Assembly: GCF_902713615.1 (NCBI RefSeq)
Contig: NC_052148.1
Location: forward strand, 134,404,569 to 134,468,568
Direction of reading: 5' to 3'
Origin: Scyliorhinus canicula
Lineage: Eukaryota
Length of the DNA stretch: 64,000 bases
Of the stretch, positions 12,660 to 24,823 are shown in pieces. The position numbers and the translations under genes are program-made. The notes under the pieces were generated by a model that saw nothing but the letters and a program-made list of their open reading frames with translations, did no database searches and was not told the DNA's origin. Numbering within the stretch: the stretch's first letter is position 1; every line of letters starts with the position of its first letter.

Positions 12660-13105
12660 TCATGATTTGGTGGTTAGTGGTGGAGGCAGAGACCCTAAAC
12701 CCCTTTCAAAAGTACCTTGGCCTTAAGTGTTGTAAGATACGGGTCTATGGGTCAGGTGCAGGACGGTGGGATTAGAAAGGGTACCGGGGGGGGGGGGGGG
12801 GGGGGGGGCATGATGGCACAGTGGTTAGCACTGGTACTACAGCACTGAGGACCCGGGTTCAAAACCAGGCCCTGGTCACCGTCCGTATGGAGTTTGCATA
12901 TTCTCCCCGTGTCTACATGGGTTTCACCCCCACAACCCAAAGATGTACTGATTAGGTGGATTGGCCACACTAAATTGCCCCTTAATTGGAAAAAAAAATA
13001 ATTGGGTACTCTAAATTTATTTTAAAAAAGATAGGGCACCTGGGTGTCCTCCGGCTGGCATGAAGATGGGCAGAATGGCCTCCTACTGTGCTGTAACTTT
13101 TCTAT
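12660..13105 (+). mobile_element. CR1 3' end with nested short-tailed V-SINE (about 12805-13028, preceded by a G-run)
   Basis: Tail gaatggcctcctactgtgctgtaacttttctatgg; SINE A/B boxes and V-core. Confidence 0.75.
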
Positions 13106-13264
13106 GGCTTCTATGATTTCTACACAATTGCTATTTCCACCATTTGAGGTATTCAGGTCTGCACTTTATAAACTACATTTCTAACTGTTGAAAAATGCAA
13201 AAACAAAAAACTTACATATTTAGGAAATATACACAAATTTACTGCTACAGCCCCAAAATTACAT

Positions 13265-13515
13265 AATAATAATAATAATCTTTATTATTGTCACAAATAG
13301 GTTTACATTAACACTGAAACGAAGCCACTGCAAAAAGCCTCTAGTCACCACACTCCAGCACCTGTTCGGGTACACAGAGGGAGAATTCAGAATGTCTAAC
13401 AAGCACATCTTTCAGGACCTGTGGGAGGAAACCCACGCAGACACAGGGAGAATATGCAGGCTCCGCACAGACAGACCCAAGCCAAGAATCGAACCTGGGA
13501 AGCAACAGTGCTAAC
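13265..13515 (-). mobile_element. Type C V-SINE fragment
   Basis: (AAT)n followed by the reverse complement of the type C tail and core. Confidence 0.8.
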
Positions 13516-14644
13516 TCCTGATTTCTGTAAAGTACATTTCAAAATTGCTTCAGCTATTTCTCCAATTTGAAACACTTGTTTGGAACAATATAATCATATG
13601 CTTAGTGAATCATTGAAGCCTTAGGTCATACTATAATATTAAAAGTGATCAGCATCATTATAATAGTATGGAATTTAGCCATCTAAGCATGCTTCACATT
13701 TATGCAAAATGGTTCACACCCATGTTGAGTTGTCATATAAATGTGGAGTTACGATGCAGCTCAACTTAAGGTGTGGAAAGAGATACTGTGAAAGGGTAGT
13801 CTCACATTGCTTATATTTGGTACTGAATGGAATGCAATTCCTGTGCAGTGACAAGTTTTTTTTTTAAGTACTCATGTTCTTTATAAACCTCCTGGACAGT
13901 TTAAACGCTCGATAGTGCAGACACGAGTTTCTAGGAACACAAACATTTGTGATTACCAGGGAGAGCAACTTCACATACACATGCAATGGCATAAGAGCGG
14001 AGCTCTGTGCTGAGTTCCACCCAGGCCATTAAATACTACATACTGTACCTATTGCTGGGAACAAATGCACCATCTACCCAGTCAGAATAGCTCATCCAAC
14101 TACTTCTAGTAGTTTATGCATCAGCACAAACATCACAATAGAACGGAAAATCCAGGGGAAGCAAAAGTGGTCTGCAGAATATTCTACACAAATACTGTGC
14201 ACTTTGTTCTATTGAAATACAGCAATGACCACAGTGCAACACTACAATAAAAAGTTATTACAGCAGCATTGAATCAACTACAGTGCTTTATGCCGAGAAT
14301 TTTTAATGCAAGAGAAAGAGACAAAAATAGCAATGAAAAGCCATTTAGTTATCAAGATCTTGAAAAAACTGTAAAGGAGATACACTAGAATGGTGCGTAG
14401 AATAAAGGACATGAGGCAAGAGAAGCTGGTACTGCTCCTTTTATGTCAAATAGAGATTTAACAGAATTGTGCAATCCCATGGACAGTTTCACTCAGTAGA
14501 TGGGAGAAAATGTTTTGATTTAATATAAACAGCAAAAAAAAATCTAAGGGGGAAACAAGGGGACTTTTTTAAAAAATGTACTACATGAAAAGGTGATGGA
14601 TGAAAGTTTAATAGCAACTTTAAAGGGTTATAATAGTGGAAAAA

Positions 14645-14877
14645 GGGACAGCATGGTGGTGCAGTGGGTTAGCACGGCTGCCTCACGGCACCGAGGTCCC
14701 AGGTTCGATCCCGGCTCTGGGTCCTGTCTGTGTGGAGTTTTCACATTCTCCACGTGTTTGTGTGGGTTTCGCCCCTACAACCCAAAGATGTGCAAGCTAG
14801 GTGGATTGGCCATGCTAAATTGCCCCTTCATTTGAAAAAATGAATTGGATACTCTATAAAGTTAAAAACAAATTATA
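14645..14877 (+). mobile_element. Short-tailed V-SINE with long TSD
   Basis: Flanked by the direct repeat ataatagtggaaaaag (about 14630 and about 14878). Confidence 0.92.
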
Positions 14878-15334
14878 ATAATAGTGGAAAAAGCAGGAGA
14901 GGGTGGGACTAAATGAATAAGCTCCGTCAAAGGGTCGACACACACGAGACGGGCCCAAACAGAATTATAACAGAGTGGAGACCAGGAAGGAAAATCCTCA
15001 ACGGTTACAGTGAAAGTTAGAGAGTGTTCCTTTTTATATATGAATGCATCGCAATGTGCAGCCAGATTTTTGTGATATAATTAGATCCTACATAGTGTAT
15101 ATCTGTCAAATTATATTCCTGATTCAATTTAGAAAATTACGGTAATTCATTAAAGACTTAAAACCTAAAAATCCTTACTTAGCATTGGTAGCTGTGTTGC
15201 TGACCAGAGCAACTTAAATAAAACGCTAAGTGAATCAGATTTTCCTAATACAATGTAATGGCTGTAGTTATGTTCTGTCGGGCCTTTCTCATCAGAAAAA
15301 ATGTAAAACATTTAACCCTGTAAATGGAAATATT

Positions 15335-15625
15335 GGGCAGCACGGTAGCATAGTGGTTAGCACTATGGCTTCACAGTGCCAGGGCAGGTTCGATTCCCAA
15401 CTTGGGTCACTGTCTGTGGAGACTGCACGTTCTCCCTGTGTCTGCGTTGGTTTCCTCCAGATGCTCCAGTTTCCTCCCACAAGTTCCGAAAGACGTGCTG
15501 TTAGGTAATTCTGAATTCTCCCTCTGTGTACCCGAACAGGTGCCTGAATGTGGCGACTAGGGGCATTTTACAGTAACTGCATTGCACTGTTAATGTATGC
15601 CTACTTGTGACAATAAAGATGCTTT
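15335..15625 (+). mobile_element. Type C V-SINE, full length
   Basis: gggcagcacggtagcatagtggttagc head, V-core, and tail ...cctacttgtgacaataaagat. Confidence 0.9.
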
Positions 15626-15965
15626 TTTAAACATTCCTAAATTCCAGAGATAAGCCGCAAAGCCAAGAGGCAAGGTTGGGTGTGGGAGAGGCAAAATTGC
15701 ATCAATCGGATCACACAACCCCAGATCAAACCCAAGACAAAACAACAAAATCCCCAATACTGAACACTGATACAGGTCCCATTAAGTGCACAACATTGAA
15801 ATGGAATTACCTAAAACGGAGCAACTCAAAACAGGGATTTGGGACTTATTATACAGTTCCATAAAACGAGGATTTTTTAAAAATCATGAACAGTATACAG
15901 ATGTTCTCATGATTTTAAAAAGGTAAGATTGCATGCGATACAAGAACAAAGACTGAGGAACTTAC

Positions 15966-16048
15966 CATTGATCTTTCAGAATATCCAAACAAATGGCTCC
16001 TGTTACTGAACTAATGTTTGGATGCCAGATTTTTGTAATAAACCGAAC
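15966..16048 (-). CDS. UBE2K: UBE2K coding exon (equivalent of human exon 4), 83 bp: [27 protein letters not shown](W), with HPN motif and catalytic Cys
   Basis: Minus strand reads tctatctttcag|GTTCGGTTT...AAAGATCAATG|gtaagt: canonical AG acceptor with pyrimidine tract and GT donor. The translation matches the UBE2K sequence as I recall it, and the phase-0 start joins the 59-bp exon. Confidence 0.97.
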
Positions 16049-16446
16049 CTGAAAGATAGAATCATTTTCCAGTAAGGTTAATAAAAAAAAGGAAACAAAC
16101 GTCAATTCCCGGAACATCACAAATAATCAAAATAATTTCCTGAATACAACTGGAGAATTATGAACCCAAGTAAGACTAATTAATATCCACTTTCTGCAGT
16201 GAAGCAAGTGATTACCTACAGTATTTGTAATTATCAAAATTATCCTAACAGTACATCAAGTACAGTAGAATCTGTGTTATCCGGCATGCCCAGGAAATGG
16301 GTGGTGCCAGTTAATCAAAAATACCAGTTAATGTGGAATTACATTACTCTAGACACAAGAAAAGGTGTGGGATACAAAATTGACCAATTAAGTTAATAAT
16401 TTCAATTTAAAACTCTCAGAACAACTTTTCAGATTTACAATTTTCT

Positions 16447-16806
16447 TTTGATTCGTTCAAGGGACATGGGCTTCGCTGGTTGGGCCAGCATTTATTGCCC
16501 ATCCCTAATTGCCTTTGAGGGGGCAGTTAAGGGTCAACCACATTGCTGTGGGTCTGGAGTCACACTTAGGTCAGACAAGGTATGGTTGGCAGATTTCCTT
16601 CCCGAAAGGACATTAGCGAACCAGGTGGATTTTTATGACAATCGACAATGGTTTCATGGTCATAATTAGACTTTTAATTCCAGATTTTCAGCTAATTCAA
16701 ATATCACCATCTGCAGTGGCGGGATTTGAAAGTTGGTCCCCAGAGCATTACCCTGGGTTTCTGATTTACTATTTCAGTGACATTACCACTATGCCACCGC
16801 CTCGCC
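16447..16806 (-). mobile_element. Short non-autonomous element: 5' head of the Zenon-like LINE joined directly to its 3' tail
   Basis: The reverse complement aligns by eye with 8692-8985, then continues into ctcaaaggcaattagggatgggcaataaatgctggccc, the tail seen at 12350, 35490 and 46420. Confidence 0.88.
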
Positions 16807-19042
16807 TTTTCTTTTAAAGAATGAATTATCTGAACACAAAGTGATCAGCTTTTTAAAATATTCGACCCATCAGATTCCAGTCGGTAGAATGGCAGATTTA
16901 ATCAAATTCTTATTAAACATTCTATATGCCAAGTATTCTGATTATGAAGTTTGAGACCCTTGAATGTTGATTATTTACTCAGAGTGGGTGAAAACCCTCG
17001 TTCACATTGTTAAACATAGCACAATATTTTTAAAATTTCTACAATCTACACCAGGTGACAAAACTTGCCTATGGTACTCAAGTTAAAATGGCAAAAAAAA
17101 TTGTGATGAGCCAATTGGCTTTCGGATTGCCAAAAAGGCATAGACTGTAACTGGCACTTTGGGAATACCGGTCTGAGTTTTCCCACAGGCTTCAGACCTC
17201 CGAAATCAGGACTAAATAGGGGCCCACGGCCACACTTGCCAGCAGTGAGGAGTCAGTCTCCAGTTGGCCACCTCCTCAATTGCTGTCCAGTGGGCTCCTG
17301 ACAATGCATACCCTGAGGTCAGTCCCATTGGGTGAGATGGGGACAACTAAAACAGGGCGCAGGTCTTGAGAACACATCGACCTTGAGGCACCTCGCTAGC
17401 CTGCACAGAACACAGTCAATGAAGACACCTGAAGCCAGTAGGGAAATTATGATGGAGGGGAAACACATCATAGGATCGGACCGGCCACAATTGCATCCTT
17501 TCATTCACGCTGCCCAGTTATTGGAGCATGGTGCCTCAAGCTCCAACATCCTCAAGACCTGTACATGGAGAAAGCCTGCAAACGAACTTGCAGTTCCGGC
17601 ACATTGGTGCTGCTCCAAAAGTGAGTTCCAGTGGTGTTGCAAGGTTAACCACCTTAATACTTTATATAGAAGCAAAATACTGCAGATGCTGGAAATTTGA
17701 AATAAAAACAAAAACCATAATTAGCTGCCTGCCTCAGTGGAGGGGACAGCGAATTAAGTTATCAGCATGATCCTTATCAATTGTGGTGGCAATCTAAGGA
17801 CTTGCCTTCCCAACAGTTTTCCCTATTTTCCAGGCCTTACACCCCTCATCTTAGGGAATATCCACAGATATTTCTATCATGGTGGTTAAATTTCACACTG
17901 GTGATAAAGTAATAATTTTTCAAAACATATTATGCTTGTATAACAAGCATATTTTTAAAAACTCAACTTGAAAACCTTACTTCACTACTGATGCAGAATT
18001 TGCTTTTGCTCGCTACAAATTAATGCAAGAATATAAATTTCTTGACTAGTCAACTCAACAGTTTACATAACTGTTGAGTTATGTAAAAATGCATTCAGTA
18101 CTCAACTTTGCTTATGTCAGACTGTACGTTTTAAGGCTGCTAAATATATTTTCTTAAATGAAAAGGTTTCATCAACTCAACATGGTAGCAGCTGTCCATG
18201 TGTGGAACAACTGAGAGGTGCTCTAATCAGTTAGAAATATAGGCTGCACACTTGCCATGACAAAATGCTTATGTGCGCCTCACTAATGTGCAGATATAAT
18301 GTACTTCTATTACACAATTTGCAAATGTATACCATCATGGTTAACCTCAAAATATGCAACAATATTTTCTAACCAAAAACAACTAGTATTGAGGATTACA
18401 TTTTCTACCAGAGGGTAAGACAATGAGAAATAATTTAAAATTAGGAAGTTAGAGAAAACAAGGAATCTTAAATCTTTATACCTCTTTTGATTTACACTCC
18501 AACAACCAGGGCATGAGGTCAATCAGTATTACCAGGCAGAAAATTACTTCTCAAATTCAAAATTTACAAGCACTTCTTCACCTCCTGATTGTGGATTATT
18601 CCTGTCTAGTCACCAAATACCATACACAAGGCCTTGAAAATGCAGAATACATGGTACAACATTTGCACACGTAATATCTAACGATTTTTAAGATATATAC
18701 ACACAACTCCCTCCAACAAAAGCAGACCGAACTTCCATCTTTAAGATCATGACCACTTTTCTTTAATGCATTTGTAGTTTTCCATTTCAAAAATGTCAAA
18801 TTTCTGTCAAAATGGTTTACATGTTGACATTGCAGCATGCCATAAAATTGTTTGCCATTGAGATAAAGGGCAGTAACAATGTGAATATGGATCAAAACAG
18901 AAGCATGCTTAAAGAACTTGCTGAAACAAAATTTTGCGACTTCGCTAACAAAGAAAAAGATGAAATATACTCAGGTATAGAAAAATAAAATGACGAGCAT
19001 CCGCATACAGTCATGTCTTTCCTGACCTCGTTATGTCCAAAA

Positions 19043-19270
19043 ATAGGTTTAGCTCAGTTGGCTGGACAGCTAGTTAGTGATGTACAACGAAGCCAACATC
19101 GCAGGTTCAATTCCCGTACCGGTTTAGGTCATTCATGAAGGCCCTGCCTTCTCAACCTTGCCCCTCGTCGGAGGTCTGGTGATCTTCAGGTTAAATCACC
19201 ACCAATCAGCTCTCCCACTCAAAGAGATAAGCAGCCTATGGCTATCTGGGACCATGGAAACTTTATGTTC
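19043..19270 (+). mobile_element. tRNA-derived SINE of a second head family
   Basis: A-box tagctcagttgg, B-box ggttcaattccc; TSD tatgtccaaaa (19032-19042 and 19271-19281). Confidence 0.85.
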
Positions 19271-19374
19271 TATGTCCAAAAGCAATCAATGAAGTACAAG
19301 TAAGAACAATTTGTGCACTGCAAGATTTCACAAACACCAATTAAATAAAAAAAATCTGATCTGTTTTTCATGAT

Positions 19375-19628
19375 TCTTTCATGGGATGTGAGCATTGGCA
19401 AGGCCATTTCAGAGAACAGTTAAGAGTTAACCACATTGCTGTGAGTCTGGAGTCACCTGTCAGACAGACCAAATAAGAATGGCAGATTTCCTTCCCTAAA
19501 GGACATTAATGAACCAGATGGGTTTTTACAACAATTGAAGGTAGTTAACATAATCACCATTACTGAGACTAATTTGATATTTCCAGATTTATTAATTCAA
19601 TTTAATTTCCACCAACTGCCATGGTGGT
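19375..19628 (-). mobile_element. Second head+tail deletion derivative of the Zenon-like LINE (different junction, 5'-truncated)
   Basis: The reverse complement follows about 8775-8998 to ctgaaatggcct, then jumps to tgccaatgctcacatcccatgaaagaa (extreme 3' tail). Confidence 0.75.
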
Positions 19629-20023
19629 GAGTACTCCACAATCGTTTGACAAGAGATGAGAATGTTAACACTGAACCAATGCGGACACCAAGTAGAAAAG
19701 TACACAGCAAATGAGGCTCATAAGCTCATTAATATCTATTTTTGAGAGAAGGGGAGGGGAAAGAGACGAACACTGTTTTGAAGACTTCTCTCAAAATTTA
19801 AACTAACACAAAATCCATTTGAAGATGCAAAAATAGTTCAAACATTGACAGTGTTTAACCGATAGCTACATTAGTTTAAAAGACAATATTTAATTTATGG
19901 TTGAACTGCCAGCAGGTATATAGCCGAGAGTCACTCATTCCTAGTTTTAATACTGCTAATAAATTTGGCAGTCATTCCCTGTTTTTTTAAATCCAGAAAC
20001 ACATGTATACAGACATGTCTCAC

Positions 20024-20082
20024 CTTTGGAGGATTAAATGGATATGTTTCTGGAATTTTAATTTCTAGTTGATACCGCCCTC
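20024..20082 (-). CDS. UBE2K: UBE2K coding exon (equivalent of human exon 3), 59 bp: (G)GRYQLEIKIPETYPFNPPK
   Basis: Minus strand reads tgctttgtatttatgcag|GAGGGCGGTAT...CCTCCAAAG|gtgaga. It splices in frame to 16048, giving ...[18 protein letters not shown]..., the E2 UBC core signature. Confidence 0.97.
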
Positions 20083-20754
20083 CTGCATAAATACAAAGCA
20101 GATACATTAGAAAGTCATTTAACAGAGCACCATTTCATTTTGTGTTTGAAACATACACTATAATTTTTTAAATACTGGAAATTATACAAGCTTTTACACT
20201 GCGATGTCAAATTTAAATGTGTTTTTTCCAAATGTGAAATACTACTGGCCCACCATGACCCTAGAATTCTATGAACTCATACAATTTAGTCAAATCAGTA
20301 AGTTAACAGAAATCCAAGAATAGCAAAGGACAAAAAAAAATAGCCACCGAATCTGCAACATATCTTCCACCCAAAAAAATCAATTGTCATCTTTGGGAAA
20401 TACCCATCTAATAACAGCAGATGGAATTTAACCTGAAGATAATTTTGAGATTAAACTTCATTCCTGCCTCGCAGCCCAGATGACTGTGAACAATAAACAT
20501 GATTTGAATTTCTTCCCCCCCCCCCCCCCCCCCCCTCCCTTTAAGATGTTATTAGATTTAACAGTGCAGTTTCACACATTATCAAACCTTGTAAATTAGT
20601 TTAAATATTCCACCCACCCCCACCCCATTGAAGATTTTCTTGAGGGCAACTTTTCAAGTTTCAGGGACACCATTTTGGTTTTCGGGGCCTTCCCCCCCCC
20701 CCCCCCCCCATTTTAACATTCAGGATACACTTCATCCTTAATATTTTCCTTCTA

Positions 20755-20980
20755 GGGCAGCACGGTGGCGCAGTGGTTAACACTGCTGCCTCACGGCACC
20801 GAGGTCCCAGGTTCGAACCCAGCTCGGGGTCACTGTCCATGTGGAGTTTGCACATTCTCCTCGTGCTTGCGTGGGTTTCACTCCCACAACCCAAAGATGT
20901 GCAGGGTAGGTGGATTGACCATGCTAAAATTGCCTCCTTAATTGGAAAAAATTAATTGGGTACTCTAAATTTTAAAAAAT
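20755..20980 (+). mobile_element. Short-tailed V-SINE
   Basis: Full head, core and aattgggtactctaaattttaaaaaa tail. Confidence 0.92.
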
Positions 20981-21321
20981 ACATATCTTTTCCTTCAAAT
21001 TTGGATTCTACACACCAACTCAATTTACAATAATAAATTAAACTCAGATTAATCTCAAATTCCATTATTTGGCACAAAGAAACAGAAATTGCAGGGCTAA
21101 AGAGAAAGAGCATGGGTGTAAATCTACAGAAAAGGTTCAATATAAGGAATGAGATTCAATTCAACTAATCAAGAACTTTGATTGTAAGTTGACTGAGCTT
21201 CAATGACAACTTCGATGAGCATGTCCTCAGAAAAAGCAGGATAATTAATATTGTTGCAACGCGTTAGAAATATCAGTTCAAAGTATAAAATTACTGAACA
21301 TAATGCTCCAGCATCTATCTT

Positions 21322-21498
21322 NNNNNNNNNNNNNNNNNNNNNNNNNNNNNNNNNNNNNNNNNNNNNNNNNNNNNNNNNNNNNNNNNNNNNNNNNNNNNNN
21401 NNNNNNNNNNNNNNNNNNNNNNNNNNNNNNNNNNNNNNNNNNNNNNNNNNNNNNNNNNNNNNNNNNNNNNNNNNNNNNNNNNNNNNNNNNNNNNNNNN
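21322..21498. other. Assembly gap (N run)
   Basis: Run of n bases. Confidence 0.99.
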
Positions 21499-22082
21499 CA
21501 GAGATGCTGTCCACCATGCTGGACACGCCCAAGGCACAGACCATTCAGAGTTGAAGCCAGGTCCAGACAGTTATAGGCAAATCCCCAGGACCTGAAGCTG
21601 GGACCCAGCGAGCCGCCACTGACAGGGGAACAAGCGCTGGCATGGAGCCCGCAGTGGCACCTCCCCAACAGGAGAGGCCCAAACAGTTAGCATCTGTTCA
21701 GACCAAAGCCAAGACCCACTCTCCCAAAGTGGGATGGTCTCCACATCCCCAACTGTCGCATCCACCACCTAGTGCGGACTAGTGCACCCCAACTAACTGA
21801 CCACCATTGAGATCCTGGAGCTGGCTGACAATACAATCTGGAGCAACAGGAAGATCCACATCACCCTCTGCCACCTGAAGCTGGTCATGTGCTCAGTAAC
21901 CTGCTGGTAAAACTCACCACAGTCCAGGGCCGGACGGGTCCTGCTAAACATACCCAAGAAAATTGACACTCCAGCAAGGTAAAAGCACATCAGAAAAAAA
22001 GGAGGGACTGGTGATAGGAGGAGCTGGAGCAACATGGGAGAAAACAAATCTGTGATTGGGGCCATAGCTCCTCACAGATTCT

Positions 22083-22753
22083 GGGCGAGATCTTCCATAG
22101 CCAGACGCCAAAATCGGGATCGACAATCGAGCAGAGAATGGCTTCCGACGTCGGAATCGACGTGAGCACCGCGGTGTTTAGCGGCACTCCGCTTCCTCCA
22201 AATCGGCGTCAACGAGACACACGCCACTGTCGTAGCACCATTGGCGCGTCATCAGCTGGCCCACCCACAATGCTCTGCCTCCGATAGGCTGAGTTCCCGA
22301 CGGCGCAGGCCATGTGTGGTTCCAGCGGTTGGGAACTTGGAATGCCAGCTGCAGACAGTGTCCAGCACCGCCACACTTGGCTGTAATCTGTGCCGCTGGC
22401 CAGGGGGCTTCTGCTAAGGCTGGAGGGAGTGGTGGGGGGTGGCTAGGGAGTAGGCTGTGGGGTCGGGGTGGGCGGCTAATGGTCCAGCACGTCTGGCGCC
22501 ATGTTTCTCGGCACGACCAGTGGGGGCGTAGGAGAGCGCAGCTGCAGCTCGTCAGCCCTGCTCATGCATGGCCCTGGACCCGGTGATTCTCTGGCCGTTC
22601 TTCACGCGATCCGCAGGTTTTCATCACGGCGCCAGTGCTAGCCCTTCACTGGTTATGGAATCGGTGAGGGGTTCCCGCCGATTTTCCAGTCGTGGAGCAC
22701 CACGGATTCTCTGCTGACGCCAGCACTTAGCCGCAGAAACGGAGATCCAGCCC
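22083..22753. mobile_element. GC/CpG-rich non-autonomous DNA transposon (MITE, PIF/Harbinger-like)
   Basis: Imperfect TIRs gggcgagatcttcc ... ggagatccagccc, a 3-bp direct repeat tct on both sides (22080-22082, 22754-22756), and a sharp GC shift. Confidence 0.65.
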
Positions 22754-22882
22754 TCTGTCTCCTGAGCTCACTGCTCCTTCATAAAATTAACAGTCGGCAA
22801 CCTTTCTTGATTTTTTCACATCAGGTTTGAGGGCTATTTATGCAAATTTGCCCATCACTCCTGTATTTTTGAACCCCGACTC

Positions 22883-23244
22883 ATAGAATTACATAGAATT
22901 TACAGTGCAGAAGGAGGCCATTCGGCCCATCGAGTCTGCACCGGCTCTTGGAAAGAGCACCCTACCCCCTATCCAAGGTCAACACCTCCACCCTATCCCC
23001 ATTACCCAGTAACCCCACCCAACACTAAGGGCAATTTTGGACACTAAGGGCACTTTATCATGGCCAATCCACCTAACCCGCACATCTTTGGACTGTGGGA
23101 GGAAACCGGAGCACCCGGAGGAAACCCACGCACACACGGGGAGGATGTGCAGACTCCGCACAGACAGTGACCCAAGCCGGAATCGAACCTGGGACCCTGG
23201 AGCTGTGAAGCGATTGTGCTATCCACAAGGCTACCGTGCTGCCC
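22883..23244 (-). mobile_element. Young V-SINE with a second CR1-type tail (gggccgaatggcctccttctgcactgtaaattctatg)
   Basis: CpG-intact head and core; related copies at 42238-42540 (+) and about 48040-48356 (-). Confidence 0.92.
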
Positions 23245-24823
23245 ACTCGGTACAGGCAAGCATGAAATTAACATTCATGTTGCAGGACAGGCTCATAGCA
23301 ACATGATTTCAAGTGACATAATATTGTGATCCACACTTATCCACTACATAGTCTGGTAATGCCATAAAACGGGTGTAATAATTTTTAAATACAATAATGC
23401 TATAAAGGTTGCAAAGATTTTTTAATACAGTAACTTGATTTTTTTTAATGTTTTAATTATCATTAAAATCATAACTTCAGCAATTGTTCAGCAGCCAGAT
23501 CTATTCCTGTAGATATTTTAGAAAAGTTAACATAAAGGCTACTGTGGCATGCAAAAACTCATACTGGAATCATTTATTTTGGTCTTATTTCCAGATTTAA
23601 TTTGGCTTTCAGGATGTAGTTTGGTCAATAAAACGGTTCAGGTTGATGCTAATCTTTTTACTTCTCCACATTGCTACGAAACATACTGATGCAGAACATT
23701 TTTATGAAAACTGCTATCACAAGTTATTGTAGCAGCATGTAGCTTTTCCCCAGTAAATAAAGTTTTTTCCATACAACGTCACATCATAGTTTTAAAGTTC
23801 AATATCTTATGAAATCAGGTAATACCATTGCTGTCACCAAAGAATTTTGATCTTAATTCTATTTAATCTTGGGAACAGTGGTCACTGTTATCTATAGTGT
23901 TGCTTTTAAATCAGAGTACTACAACAACATCATGCATTTATATAGCAGGTTTAATATAGCACAGTACCCCAAGGTGCTTCACAAGAACATTAAACAAAAT
24001 CTGACAAGTTAAATAGGATACTTTAATACATTAATTCAAGAAATGTTGATATCAGTGTTTTTAGCTCATCCCCAATTACCTCCAATGGTGGTGGTGAGCC
24101 ACATTCTTGATCGCCGTGTCCTTGTGGTACTCCCCACAGTGCTGTTCAGAGGATGCTCTATGACTTTGACCCAAAAATGATAAAAGAACAGCAATATATT
24201 TACAAGTCAGGATGCTGTGCGTCTTGGAAGGGGTAATTGAAGGTGGTGGTCTTCCTATGATCCTGTTGCCCTCACCATTGCTGGCAGATGTCACAGATTT
24301 GGGAGGTGCTGTTAGAAGACTTGACTGCAGTGGACCTTATAGATTGTACACACTGCAGATATGGTGTACTGATTGCAAAGGGAGTGCAATCAAGTGGACT
24401 TTGTCCCGCATCATGCAAAGTTTCTGGAGTGTTGCTGAAGCAGCATCTTTCCAGACAAGTTGTGAGCATTCCATTACATTCTTCACATGAGTCTTGCAGA
24501 TGGTGAATGGTTCTTCACACGAGTCTTGCAGATGGTGAATGGTTTTGGTATATCAGGTGGTGAGTCACTCACCACAGAATACCAAACCTCTGACCCCTTT
24601 TGTAGCCACAGTATTTATGGCTGGTTCACTTAAGCTTATTACCAATGGTTATCCATAGAATGTTGACGGTGAGGGATTCAGTGATAGTAATTCCATCGAA
24701 CTTTGTGGGGAGATGACTAGATTATTGTTGGGAGAGGATCATTACCTACTACTTGTGTGGCACAATTGTCACTTGTCAGTTAGCATCCCAGGCCTGAATG
24801 TTGTCCAGGTATTGCTGCATATA

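Noticed and set aside
17150-17650. GC-elevated block possibly from an old DNA transposon
   Set aside because: No TIR or TSD could be defined by eye.
21200-21232. Minus-strand CUGAGGA...GAAG hammerhead-like string
   Set aside because: It lacks GAAA and convincing helices I and III.
21499-22000. GC-richer stretch with possible zinc-knuckle (Tx1 ORF1-like) relics
   Set aside because: Too degenerate and adjacent to a gap; I cannot assign it without a search.
24479-24542. 32-bp tandem duplication in a LINE relic
   Set aside because: An ordinary slippage duplication in neutral sequence.
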